From positions 114,886,001 to 114,950,000 of the forward strand of contig NW_026262690.1 in the NCBI RefSeq assembly GCF_021869535.1: a DNA stretch of 64,000 nt, written 5' to 3'. The DNA comes from Mytilus californianus. Lineage: Eukaryota. How positions within the stretch are numbered: position 1 is the first letter of the stretch; each line of letters starts with the position of its first letter. Of this stretch, positions 27,201 through 38,100 are shown piece after piece. A program made the translations under genes and the position numbers. The notes beneath the pieces were generated by a model. It saw only the letters and a program-made list of their open reading frames with translations, made no database searches and was not told where the DNA came from.

Positions 27201-30200
27201 AAATTGGTTTCCTGTTACTGTAATATGTGCAGGCCAAATGTGATTGGAGAATAATGTAATTTATTTTTTACAGTAATTTAATCATCCTTCATGTATCAGC
27301 ATTTATTGAAAGTGTTTTGTCTGGTATCGTTACAATATTATTGGTGGATCCGATTGGTTCATTTAACATACGATCGTGTAAAGTCAAACAACTCTCAGAT
27401 TGGTATTCCATGTTATACAATCCAAGTCCTAACTACACCACAACTCTACATTGTACACAGGAAATTGTTTATCCACTGTAAGTATTTTATACTGTACAAC
27501 CCTAGTCCTAACTACACCACAACTCTACACTGTACACAGGAAATTGTTTATCCACTGTAAGTATTCTATACTGTACAACCCTAGTCCTAACTACACCACA
27601 ACTCTACACTGTACACAGGAAATTGTTTATCCACTGTAAGTATTTTATACTGTACAACCCTAGTCCTAACTACACCACAACTCTACACTGTACACAGGAA
27701 ATTGTTTATCCACTGTAAGTATTTTATACTGTACAACCCTAGTCCTAACTACACCACAACTCTACACTGTACACAGGAAATTGTTTATCCACTGTAAGTA
27801 TTCTATACTGTACAACCCTAGTCCTAACTACACTACAACTCTACACTGTACACAGGAAATTGTTTATCCACTGTAAGTATTTTATACTGTACAACCCTAG
27901 TCCTAACTACACCACAACTCTACACTGTACACAGGAAATTGTTTATCCACTGTAAGTATTTTATACTGTATAACCCTAGTCCTAACTACACCACAACTCT
28001 ACACTGTACACAGGAAATTGTTTATCCACTGTAAGTATTCTATACTGTACAACCCTAGTCCTAACTACACCACAACTCTACACTGTACACAGGAAATTGT
28101 TTATCCACTGTAATTATTTTATACTGTACAACCCTAGTCCTAACTACACCACAACTCTACACTGTACACAGGAAATTGTTTATCCACTGTAAGTATTCTA
28201 TACTGTACAACCTTAGTCCTAACTAAACCACAACTCTACACTGTACACAGGAAATCATTTAACCACTCAGTATTCTATACTGTACAACCTTAGTCCTAAC
28301 TAAACCTCAACTCTACACTGTACACAGGAAATCATTTAACCACTCAGTATTCTACACTGTACAATCCAAGATTAGAATAAATGCTTATGATTCTGTTTCA
28401 TATTTTATATGCTGTTGCATGTGTGCAATTGTCATTTAATATTAATTATGTTTTTCTGTATGCATTCTTAATTTCAGTTCCAAGATGAATATAAGGAATT
28501 AACCCCTCAGTCACACTTAAGCTATATTTTTTAACATTTTTTTTGGACATTTTTCTGAGTAAATGCAGTGCAGGGCAGATATTTCTTGTTTAGTATAGAA
28601 ATTCTTATATTCATTGTGTACCATTTTCGTTTGATTTTGAGGGAAATAAAAAAAATACACACTATTAGTATCTAATAACTCGGGTATGAACTTTGAACTT
28701 TACAGACAAAGTTTTTTTTAAAAATGATCACATATCTCTTTGATTTTGAATGATGAAAATTGTAAAAATTTCAAAAATTTCTTTTATAGATATACTATAT
28801 GTATGATCTACTATGCCTTTTCCTTGCTGTTTATGATGTTGTTTAGACCACTGATATCATACAGATGTGTAGAGACCAAAGGAACCAAGTCAATTTATGC
28901 TGCTTTGTATTTTCATCCCATATTAATTGTCCTGCAGGCCATGTTTGGTGGACTATTGTGTAAGTTAGGTTTAATTCTAATATGATGTGCTGTAACGTCA
29001 GGATAATATACTCAGTAACCTAAGACAAGTACAGATCAATAACATCATCATATCTTACGAAAAGGCATAATTCTTTGCAGTGTAAAATTACAAAGTAATG
29101 GTAGAGGAAACTAAGGTGTTACTTTTCCTGTTGCTGCAGTGAGAAAGACCTTGCTTTCTGATCACCACGTTCGCCTACAAAATGTAGCTGAACAAAAATT
29201 AGTATAGACATTTTCACAGTGGTGAAAAAAATAAAATGGAGATTACCTCTTATGAGACTCTGTCACTCAATTATTTTCACCTAATGACATAATACTTAGT
29301 AAATAATAGGTCAACAATATTTGGGATAGGGATGGTTTGTCAAGTGGACTTGACTTCATTTTCACAATCCATGGGTCAGGTTTAGAGTAATGGATAAAAT
29401 CTCTCGTAAATACTTTTGATAGGTCTAGGGATTGTTTGTGAGGAGTTATATGGCTGTTTAACATTTTAAGTTTAACATATGGCATTCATCGCATTTTCAC
29501 ACTCCTGTGGTAAGGTTGAGATTTTGGGATAAGGTCTAATCCTCATCAGCTTTAGATGACAGGTCTGAAAATTTTGATGTTGGATTTGTTTTTAGGAATA
29601 TATGTCTGTCTGACTTATGGCATTTGCACTTCACATAATTTTTCCTTTGCATGTGGTAAGGTTCAAGTTATTAGATTAGGTCTGTATCTCAGAAATTATA
29701 TGTGATTGATTGAAAATATATTGTATGGGAATTCATTATGTATACATTAAAATGGAAAAGAAAGGATATGATGTATAAATTATTGACAAAAAATGTACAC
29801 CTAGCAGGTCGTATTTGACCTTGACCTTAATTTAAAAGATTGTGCCCTTAGAAATGCATTGATCTGGTATTAAGATATTGCAGTAGGTGAGACATCTTGG
29901 TGTGTTTACACTGTTAACACTTTACATAGATTAGCTCAATTGAACCTCTTTTATTTTCCAACATACTGGCCTAATCTATATTTAATTTTATTCATTCAGT
30001 ACTGTAGTATATTTGTATTTTCAGATTATGCTTTTCCATATATAATGTTGGTTATATCACTGGTAACAAGTGCTGCCCATTTAGCAAGTACTAATGTTTT
30101 GGTAAGTCTTTATTTTTATTAAAATGTCCAGTTCCACAACATGCTAAAGAAAGAGAATATCTTACTTTTATTTTTACTGAAATTTTTCTTGTATAGGTCT

Positions 30201-31591
30201 TTTGATGATTATGGTGGATGGCTGTTTAACCTCCATCGGTCATATTCAGGACGAACATGTTAGAGATATGAATATAAACCCTGCTTTGTACTGGACCAAC
30301 ATGCTTAGCTGGATTTTTAATGTGCTAGTTAACACTGCTCAGGAAGACATGTACTCCTTCCCACATTATTCCAAATCCTAACCAACCAGTATTTTCTAAT
30401 ACTAAGTGGAGAAGCAGCAAATACCAATTTTCAAGTCTCTGATTTGACTTGGCCGTGGTTCAAACCCACAACCTCCTGCACTCTAGGTCTTTTGAAACAT
30501 TATTCTAAAAGAATTATAATATGAATATATGTGGGTAAAATTGTTTGTGCCTATACAGCATTGAATGTTTGTAAGCTATTTCCCTTTATTCAACTGATCT
30601 TATTTTTTTGCAGTCCGCTGCAAAAACATTTCAGTCATCCAAGTTTGATTATTGACCTGGTAATCAAATAACTTGATATTCCCCTATGACTTACTATTTT
30701 CAGTATTCCTGTCCTCTAGTACTTTTCATACCTTTTAAATATGGTTAAGTTCAAGCACTGAAAGTTTCATACTTTACCACCCATTAGTAGTTCATTGTTA
30801 GGTTGCTGTTTCATTGATGTTAACCTCATATGACTTTTTGTCCCTCCTGTAACACAAATGTTATTAATATAAGTTAGATAAGACATTTTAAACAAGGAGT
30901 ACAGGTATATGCAGGGATCACAACAGCTTAATTTTTAAGGATGCATCTTATGACATTTAAAACATAACAATTTTCACAGTTGAAAAATATTAAAGAAATT
31001 TATGCCATTTTGCAATACTTTTAAATTATACATACATGGTATATACTTTGTGCCTATACATACTGTGATTCATGACAAAAATTTCAAAAGTTAATTATAG
31101 TCATTCAGAATTATACTTATAAGAAATATTTCAAATTTCTTCATAAAGTATAAAAATTTAACATTGGTGCTAAAAATTTAAGGTTGGTCTGGAGGAGTAC
31201 CACCCTTTAATAGCCCTGATCTGTATTTAAATTGAAGCAATAGTATAGAAGTATAATGATTGTAAAAAATGTAAAAAAAAACAAACTCTTTTGTCTATTT
31301 CAGGAGGTGAAACAATTGTTTAAAAATAACTTCTGTGATGCAAGGAACTTAATCATTCTTGTTGGTCATTGGATACTTCATGCATATGCGATAATCTCCA
31401 TGACACAGCTGACCGATCTTACATTCCATCTCTCGCTTCTGGCTACTGTTCCGCTGCCTGTGTTCTTCTATATATGTACAGTAAAATTCACAGATCCAGA
31501 TTACGTAGAAAGAGTTTCACATGTAGACATTTCAACCAACAGGTATTCAGCTGAACCAAGGGGGACAAATCTTCAGTTTTGGAATACTTGA
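18223..31591 (+). CDS. JKAMP: JNK1/MAPK8-associated membrane protein (ER membrane, ERAD-linked), 342 aa
   Basis: Exons 18223-18280, 21570-21637, 22292-22455, 27274-27477, 28790-28959, 30025-30101, 31304-31591 total 1029 nt, all GT-AG with consistent phases. Translation includes CPGLYCGR, CEEEPCFYDWLFLGFMALLSLLLHWFFI, LSDWYSMLYNPSPNYTTTLHCTQEIVYPLY, KSIYAALYFHPIL, YYAFPYI, GHWILHAYAIIS and TVKFTDP, which are characteristic JKAMP blocks. Exon 1 (MLKLLILFPVIYGVSFGQK, signal-peptide-like) is inferred from phase compatibility and is less certain than exons 2-7. Confidence 0.92.
18950..20114 (-). mobile_element. Internally deleted MULE (Mutator-like) DNA transposon with a PHD-finger first exon, in JKAMP intron 1
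   Basis: Inverted terminal arrays of GTCGATCCGGCCC at 18990-19066 and 20038-20107. A 9-bp direct repeat CTATTGACG flanks the element (18941-18949 and 20115-20123). Minus-strand exon 19562-19460 encodes MAFPCVVCDQHVRPRQHALQCEQCSKWQHRLCNT followed by GTAAGT. Fragment ~19225-19125 encodes IMFATQEQLQLQQTAKKWYLDGTFEVVKKPFY, which contains the MULE DGTF catalytic motif. Confidence 0.85.
21705..22085 (-). mobile_element. Second tRNA-derived SINE family; copies at ~30195-30490 (-), ~33915-34020 (+) and ~63850-63990 (+)
   Basis: Shared GGAGAAGCAGCAAATACCAATTTT core and a degenerate tRNA-like head with a B-box (GGTTCGGAACCC/GGTTCAAACCC). Confidence 0.65.
23479..26067 (+). mobile_element. HINE family A element (host of a nested family B insertion), JKAMP intron 3
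   Basis: 5' TTTTTAGCTCACCTGGCCCGAAGGGCCAAGTGAGC hairpin/subTIR, a CGTC-type microsatellite, and an internal ~500-bp dimer (23569 and 25601). The 3' end has subTIR CAGGTGAGC and hairpin AGGCTCTTGAGAGCCT followed by Ts. Confidence 0.8.
23895..25427 (+). mobile_element. HINE family B copy nested in a T-run of family A; 9 internal ~147-bp repeats including a 440-bp trimer duplication
   Basis: Reverse-complement match to 8591-9820. The host reads GCAGTTTTT | insert | TTGGTTATTATC with no TSD, as expected for rolling-circle insertion at TT. Block 24191-24630 is repeated at 24631-25070. Confidence 0.85.
27412..28370 (+). repeat. 79-bp minisatellite, about 12 copies, built from the 3' end of JKAMP exon 4 plus its splice donor
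   Basis: GT donors recur every 79 bp at 27478, 27557, 27636, 27715, 27794, 27873, 27952, 28031, 28110 and 28189. Two further degenerate copies have lost the donor (CCACTCAGTA). Confidence 0.97.
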
Positions 31592-31924
31592 TGATGCTAT
31601 GTAGAGTGAAAACTATGACTCGAAATCACATTACTTGATATGTTCCATTTTATGAAATGGTAGAAATTTTTTACAACTCAAACTGGTTTTAAGACTTTAA
31701 ACTGGTTTAAGGAAGCCAAGATTATCTTGCAGAGATAGGGCAGCCGCAGTCATATTAACCAAAGCTTTTATTTATGATACTGATTTTAATTGTTTCATAA
31801 TTTGTGATAAATGTGGATGAATGTTAGCTATTGTTGTTCTTAATTGTTTAATTATGTTCTAATGATTGATGTAAAGTATGTTATTTTTTTTTTAACTTAA
31901 GAAAAAAGTTTGAAAAATAGATTT

Positions 31925-32062
31925 TTATTAAGGGGCCAGCTGAAGCCGCCTTTCGGGATTTTCTTGCTGTGTTGAAGACCCATTGGTGGCCTTCGGCTGT
32001 TTTCTGCTCTTTGGTCGGGGTGTTGTCTCTTTGTCATATTCCCCATTTCCATTCTCAATTTT
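31925..32062 (-). repeat. Interspersed repeat fragment (ATTGAGAATGGAAATGGGGAA end)
   Basis: GC-richer block that accounts for ORFs 31897-32088 and 31928-32140; I recognise it as a repeat terminus but there is no full second copy in the window. Confidence 0.5.
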
Positions 32063-32589
32063 ACTATTTTTATTATTTGTAAATTCAATCAGAAACAACA
32101 ACATGGTATATTTATTCATGACACAAAGCCCCACGGACAAGAAAGAGTAGCACTTTTATTTCTGTATCTCATCTCTAAGTAACAACGAGGCCATCAATGT
32201 TTTTAATTTTAAATATTATAGGATTATATTTTAAGTCTGATTATTATGGTTGTGTATAAAGAGAAAAATCTTGCAGTTCAGAGAAAAAGTCAAACTTTTC
32301 ATACAAATAGTCATGAATCCTATTTGTTGTAGCCTCAATGTCCCTCCTCCTTCACGTGTTTATGACATCACCAAATATGTTATCACAATGGGTGTTACTA
32401 ATGGAGAAAAAAATGCTTACCCTTCCACAGCACATGAGTTCAGACTGGTTTAAAGGGGGATTTATGTGCTGAATCTTTCTTTTTCTGTGAAGTGTATGTG
32501 GACTTTTGCTTTTTTTCTTTATTACTTTAGTTTGCTGTCTTTCCTTTGATTATACCCTACAGTTTATATCTGTCCATCAATCTGTGAGT

Positions 32590-33115
32590 TGGGGCCTCGG
32601 TGGCCGAGTGGTCTAAGTAGTTACTACTGTAATCACTAGCCAGTCAACACTGAGATTTTGAGTTCGAACCCCGCTCGTGCAGGTTCACTCAACTCCAATC
32701 TTAATTGACTATGATTGTCAGTTTTTCCCCTCTCCAAAAAGTACCTTTCATGTTAAAAAATGTCTGACAATCAAAAATATATGTGAATAAACGGTACAAT
32801 AAAGACAGCAAAGGTCAGCAAAAAATGTGGGATTTGTTGACAATTAAAATTTTATAAAATTTCTAGTTATAAACAAAACTTTGACTAGCCCGTCGGACTA
32901 CTGTGATGAAAACTTTACTAACCCTCCCTAATTTTTATTAGCCTCAGGCTAGCGGAATAGCGTTAGTGTCGAACCCTGTTTCCTTTCGATGGTCAGTGGT
33001 TCTCTCCGGGCACTCTGGCTTCCTCCACCAATAAAAACTGGCCGCCATGAAATAGCCCAAAAGCGGTGCTTAAAAGTGGCGTTAAAACACCAAAAATCAA
33101 AAATCAAATCAATCC
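32590..33115 (+). mobile_element. tRNA-headed SINE with a conserved central domain (Meta/V-type), interrupted by a ~265-bp DNA-transposon fragment (~32718-32983)
   Basis: A-box-like GGTGGCCGAGTGG, B-box-like GAGTTCGAACCC, core TCTCCGGGCACTCTGGCTTCCTCCACCAATAAAAACTG..AAAGTGGCGTTAAAACACC and an (AATC)n tail. Diverged copies at ~54915-55175 and ~57150-57385. The exact SINE superfamily is assigned from memory only. Confidence 0.75.
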
Positions 33116-33644
33116 GTGAGTCTGTCTGTAATATGTTTTTGTTGCATTTTTCTCAGTAACTACAAGTTCAAGATATATGTCTCCAAGCTTCATCTGGTTA
33201 TGCCATACTGGGTCACATTTTCATGATCATTGATGTAAACAGAGGTATAATTACAAAGCACTTGTTCACAGTAAATCTTTTTATGGCTTTTGTTTGGCCC
33301 ATTGTACCTCCTTACTGTTTATAACATATATGTACAAGTATAATAAAAGCAAATCTCTTGAATATTTGACTTTCCTGCAACATCATACATCTATTTGTTG
33401 TGAGCTTTCTCTTCAGTAGTAAGTTGAGCTGTATAATTAATATCTTTTTGATTGTATACTGGTGCTTTACAGGCTGAATTTTACCTTTGGCATATGTTCA
33501 TTTCTCTTGACTTTTTTTCAAGGTTCAATTACTGAAGAAAAAAAACAAAAATTTGATCGTTTAAGCTACTCTAAGTAATGAGAGTTTTGTCTGGCATACA
33601 AAATTGTAAACCTGGTATCTTGGATGAGTTTTTTTTCATAACTC

Positions 33645-33820
33645 AATACACCTTATCGCTAATCATGCTTGACCCGAGAATCTGTCCCGCTCCAACTTTT
33701 GACGTCATACAACAATCACTTTTCCATTGTGGCGTCAGACATTTTGTATTATGACGTCATAATTTTACGGGAACCTGTGTGATGTCCAGTAATGGCGGAC
33801 AAATAGCGATAAGGTGTATT
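33645..33820. mobile_element. 176-bp MITE with a perfect 17-bp TIR; second copy in opposite orientation at 61141-61328
   Basis: AATACACCTTATCGCTA ... TAGCGATAAGGTGTATT; the internal sequence is reverse-complementary to 61141-61328. Confidence 0.85.
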
Positions 33821-34808
33821 ATATTGGGTCAGTAGAATAATAGTAAAGTGAACATGTGTTCCAATAGTTAGGGAACACCACACCTTTACCTTATTTTTAT
33901 TGTTCATTCACACCGCCTTGGTGTCTCATGGTAGTTTGCTTGCCTCGAGTGCAAAAGGTCCTGGGTTAGATCCTAGGCAGGGTCAAACCAAAGACTTGAG
34001 TATTTGAATTTGTTGCCCCATGTTAATATGTTGTTTGACATGTTTGTGGTCGGCTTTATAACACCACTTTCTTTACTTTACAGAAAACGATCAGTTTTTA
34101 ATAGGTACCTGAAAAACTCTACCATATACCAGTAAATCATTTACCCAATGTAATTTTTGCAAATGAACAGAGCAAACATATAAGTCTTATCTTAATAGGC
34201 ACTAAGTGTAGAGGTTTAGATTAAAGCCAAGAGCCCTTTCTCCCTTTTAAGTTGGTCACATTTATGTAAAACCTGTATTTTACCAATAAAAGATGGTCCA
34301 TTAGTTGCGGACTCATGAAAATGAGATTGGTTTCATGTTTTCTATCACAAATTTGTTGACTTATATGATTTTTTTGTGTCATTACACACAAGAGACATGT
34401 TTTCTGGTCTTAAATATTATGATACCAGAATAGTTGTCTACTCTGTAAATTTACGGATTGTGTCATATTGCCTGTCGTGAAATTATGACTTAGTCTTGTT
34501 TGTCATTGTGGGTGATGCATGTAGAGCAGTAGATGCTAACTGTATCTACCCATCCTGTCTCCTTCCTCTTCAGCTTATGCAGTTCCATCAGTTGTTTTCA
34601 TTTGGTTTGTATATTCAAAATGGATAACTAAATTTGAACGTTTTTAAAGTACTATACCATGTAATTTCTGAACAAGTACCTCCAAGATGTATCAAAATTC
34701 CATCAGCTGAGTCATAATCTTTATTTGATTACAAATAGGAATTTTCCTCATTTTGATCAGAAGACTTATTTGAGAATCTGAAAGATCACACAGTTATTTG
34801 GTTAATAT

Positions 34809-34966
34809 CAGTGGGGGATCCAGAAATTTTCATTTGGGGGGGGACACTGACTGCCCAAGAGGGGGCCCGCTCCAGTCGTCATGCTTCAGTAATTCCCTAA
34901 ATAATCAACCAAATTTTCCCTCAAAAGGGGGGGACGACACAGACTGCCTCCTTAAATCCGCCTCTG
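34809..34966. mobile_element. Short MITE with CAGTGGGGGATCC / AATCCGCCTCTG ends (possibly hAT-like)
   Basis: Imperfect TIRs and G-rich subterminal runs. Confidence 0.55.
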
Positions 34967-35191
34967 AATATAACATACTTTTCGATTTTCTTATTCTAGT
35001 TGCCAAAAAGTGACCTTTATTTTTTGGATAGAATTTTTGATAATCAAATTTTTCCTTTTTTGAAGAGGAAGTAAAAATTAAGAAAATGAAAAGTTAGTTA
35101 TCTCTCCAACTTAGTAGATAAAATCTTCAGAGGTTAATATCCAGAACAAGATAAATTTTATACAAAGCAGTTTATTGACTATCCTGAAAAT

Positions 35192-38100
35192 ATGACAACA
35201 ATCGAGATATTAGAAGAATTACAATCAAAATATTTTGTTCATCCTGAAACTTTTGACTTTTTCAAAAAACGTACAGAGTATGGATTCACCAAGGCTTATT
35301 TTGATGTACCAATAACAGAGGCTAGGGAATCAAGTTTGAGATCAGCTAAATTATTTTCAGGTAGTGTTGATTTTGACGGTGCAATAAAGGAATTAAACAT
35401 TCCATCTAAAGATGTTAAAGGTAAGTTACTTAGATAAGTATGTATTGAATCAACAATTGTATCTCAGGAGTTATTGACAGAAGACTTAAATGGGCATGTC
35501 AACCATTTAAAAGTTAATTCTTTGTAGTGCACATGTGTAAAGACGTGAAAAACTGAAGAAAATTCTCGGAAGTAGAAATTGAAATTTTAAAGTTGATTTT
35601 GATAAATAATGATTTAATTCTGAAAAGTTCAAAATCTTTGTTGTCGTGATCATAATTTTTAGTTGAAATAAAAAAAGTGTATCTTGAAAAGTTCTAATTT
35701 AATTTAGATTTTGTTTTGCCTTTTTGTACAATAACTTATAAACAAGGAATTAAGTGAATCTGGAATAATTTTGAATTATGGAAAATTGATAAGAAATGTA
35801 TGATGAAAACTAACCCAATAAAGGAGGCTAAGGGGGCGTAGTTCATACTGAAATATCAGTGAAAGTAACTTGAACCTTTAATATAAAGTTGGGTTAGTTT
35901 TCATTATATATTTCTTATCCAATTTCCAGATTTCAAAATTTTTAAAAATAATTCCTTGTTTATAATAAAAAATAAAGTTGGTCTAATTCTTTGATATTTA
36001 ATATAAAATACCAATAGTATTTGAGGTCGTATTTGTTTCAAGGGTATAAAGATATTAATGGAAAGACATGATCACTGAATAATGTATTTTCAAAATCTAT
36101 GTCTAGTATCTGTTATTTATAATTTGTAAAACTTAAGTTTCGTCACATCCATATCAGAACAAAAAACCTGGAGTTAAGGATGTTCGCTACTCTGTTTCAA
36201 AATAACAAGCTTTTTAAAAGACTAATATTATAAATTGATTGTATATAATTAACAGAACTAAAAAAGCAGAAAAAAATGAAGGGTCTGTGTCCTTGTTTTC
36301 GAGATAAAAGCCATTGAAAATTTGGCGGGAAATGATTCTCTCTATATTTTTCATACATTTAACATTGGTACTTTTTGTCTTTCAAAAACTATGAAAAAAT
36401 AACAAACGATTTTATAAGATTTTTAAATATGGCTTTTTAAACTATATGTAATAAAATTATGAAAAGAAAAGTAGTAGTTAGAGGGCAAAATTTTTAATGG
36501 CACTATATGGATAAAACTAGAGGATTATGAATATCTGACAGAAAGTCAAAAACATGAGGACCGAACATCCTTAATTTGCAGTTTTTACCATTTAATAGAT
36601 CTGGTGTAGCTCTTGCAAACTTAAAAAAAAAAATCTATATATGTTTAATACAACTCTAGTTTAATAGTTTATTGCTGATTTGTTTCAGTTAGGGAGCAAC
36701 CATTTAACTTCAAGGGGGAGGGGGGTTATGGTTTTTTGTCTGAGTCAGAAAGATTTTTTTTTCAATTTCAACACTATAAGGTATGGGGAAAATCTGGATT
36801 CAGAATAATTTTTTTTGTCATCTGCTTGACCACAATATTTTTTTTCATCAAATTAGGGATCAGAATATTTTTTTAGGAAAAAACCTTAAATCCCCCTTGA
36901 AGTTAAATGGTCATTCCCTTACCTTATATTATAACAGATTTTAACAAAATCAAGCAACCCTTAAACTCTTTTGCCTCTCTTTCATAATCTTATCTTTACA
37001 TATTTTACATAAACGTAAAAACATTAAACAACAAGAATGCACTTTATCAAACGTGAATTGAATCCAGAATACTATTGCCTATATATATATAAGCTGGCTA
37101 CTGTAAAATTCAGAAATCTTTGCAATGATTTTATTAACTGAACAGATTAAAGTTTTGGTTGCAGTAGTTTATCATGATGTGGTGGTCACATCAACATGAA
37201 ACTCACGGCACACGTTCATTATGAAATGAACATTTGATAAAAAAAAGCCAAATTAATGTCAAAACATCATTTCGAAGTACACTGAGCATGGAAATGTGAT
37301 AGTGCAAGAGGGTCATGGTGTCCTATGGACACATATTCTTGTTATCAAATTTACTTTCACAACAGATGGTATACCAGTGACTATCTACAAGCCAGCTTCC
37401 TGTAGAAATGATCCTTCTATATTTGTGTATTTCCATGGAGGAGGCAATTGTGTTGGATCCAGAGCTGGTGTTGATACAGTTTGTAAAATCTTTTCAAGGT
37501 ATATATAACTTAATTACAGGTTTTTCCAACAAATTTGTTGCTTAGAAATGGAAAGAGTTGATTCATTATTTTTCATGTAGGACTAGTTTTTATTGGTATA
37601 GGTGATCTGGAAAACCAATTATAGGTACTGTACAGCCTTCAACAATGAATAAAAACCTATACTGTATAGTCAGCTATAAAAGCCCCAGACATGACAAAAT
37701 GTTAAAAAATTCAAACAAGAAAATCTTCTGCCTGATTTATGACAAAACAATAAAAGAAAAATATGACAGACAGCAACCAACAGCAACTACAGAATAACAG
37801 GCTTTTGACTTGGGACAGGCAATAAAGAATATTACAGGGTTAGACATGTTTGTGAGTGCTCAACCCTCCCTTAACCTCAGACAGTGGTGTAAGTTCAGCA
37901 CAACATAAAAACAAAGTGTAAATATAAGTTGGAAATGAAGGCTTTGTCGTCAGTAAGGTTTCTGACTTACTGGTAAATGAATCCCCGACAGTTAAATTAT
38001 GGTTTAGTCTTTCTTCAACAGACATTGTTTACAATAATCTAAAAAAAACTAAAAGTTTGTCAACTTTTCTCTTTCAGAGATGCTGGTTGTATTGTCGTCA

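Noticed and set aside
27412-28370. CRISPR-like regular repeat array
   Set aside because: Units are head-to-tail with no unique spacers, derive from a JKAMP exon, and the genome is eukaryotic.
32590-32680. Possible tRNA gene
   Set aside because: It has A/B boxes but no complete cloverleaf, and continues into SINE core and tail sequence.
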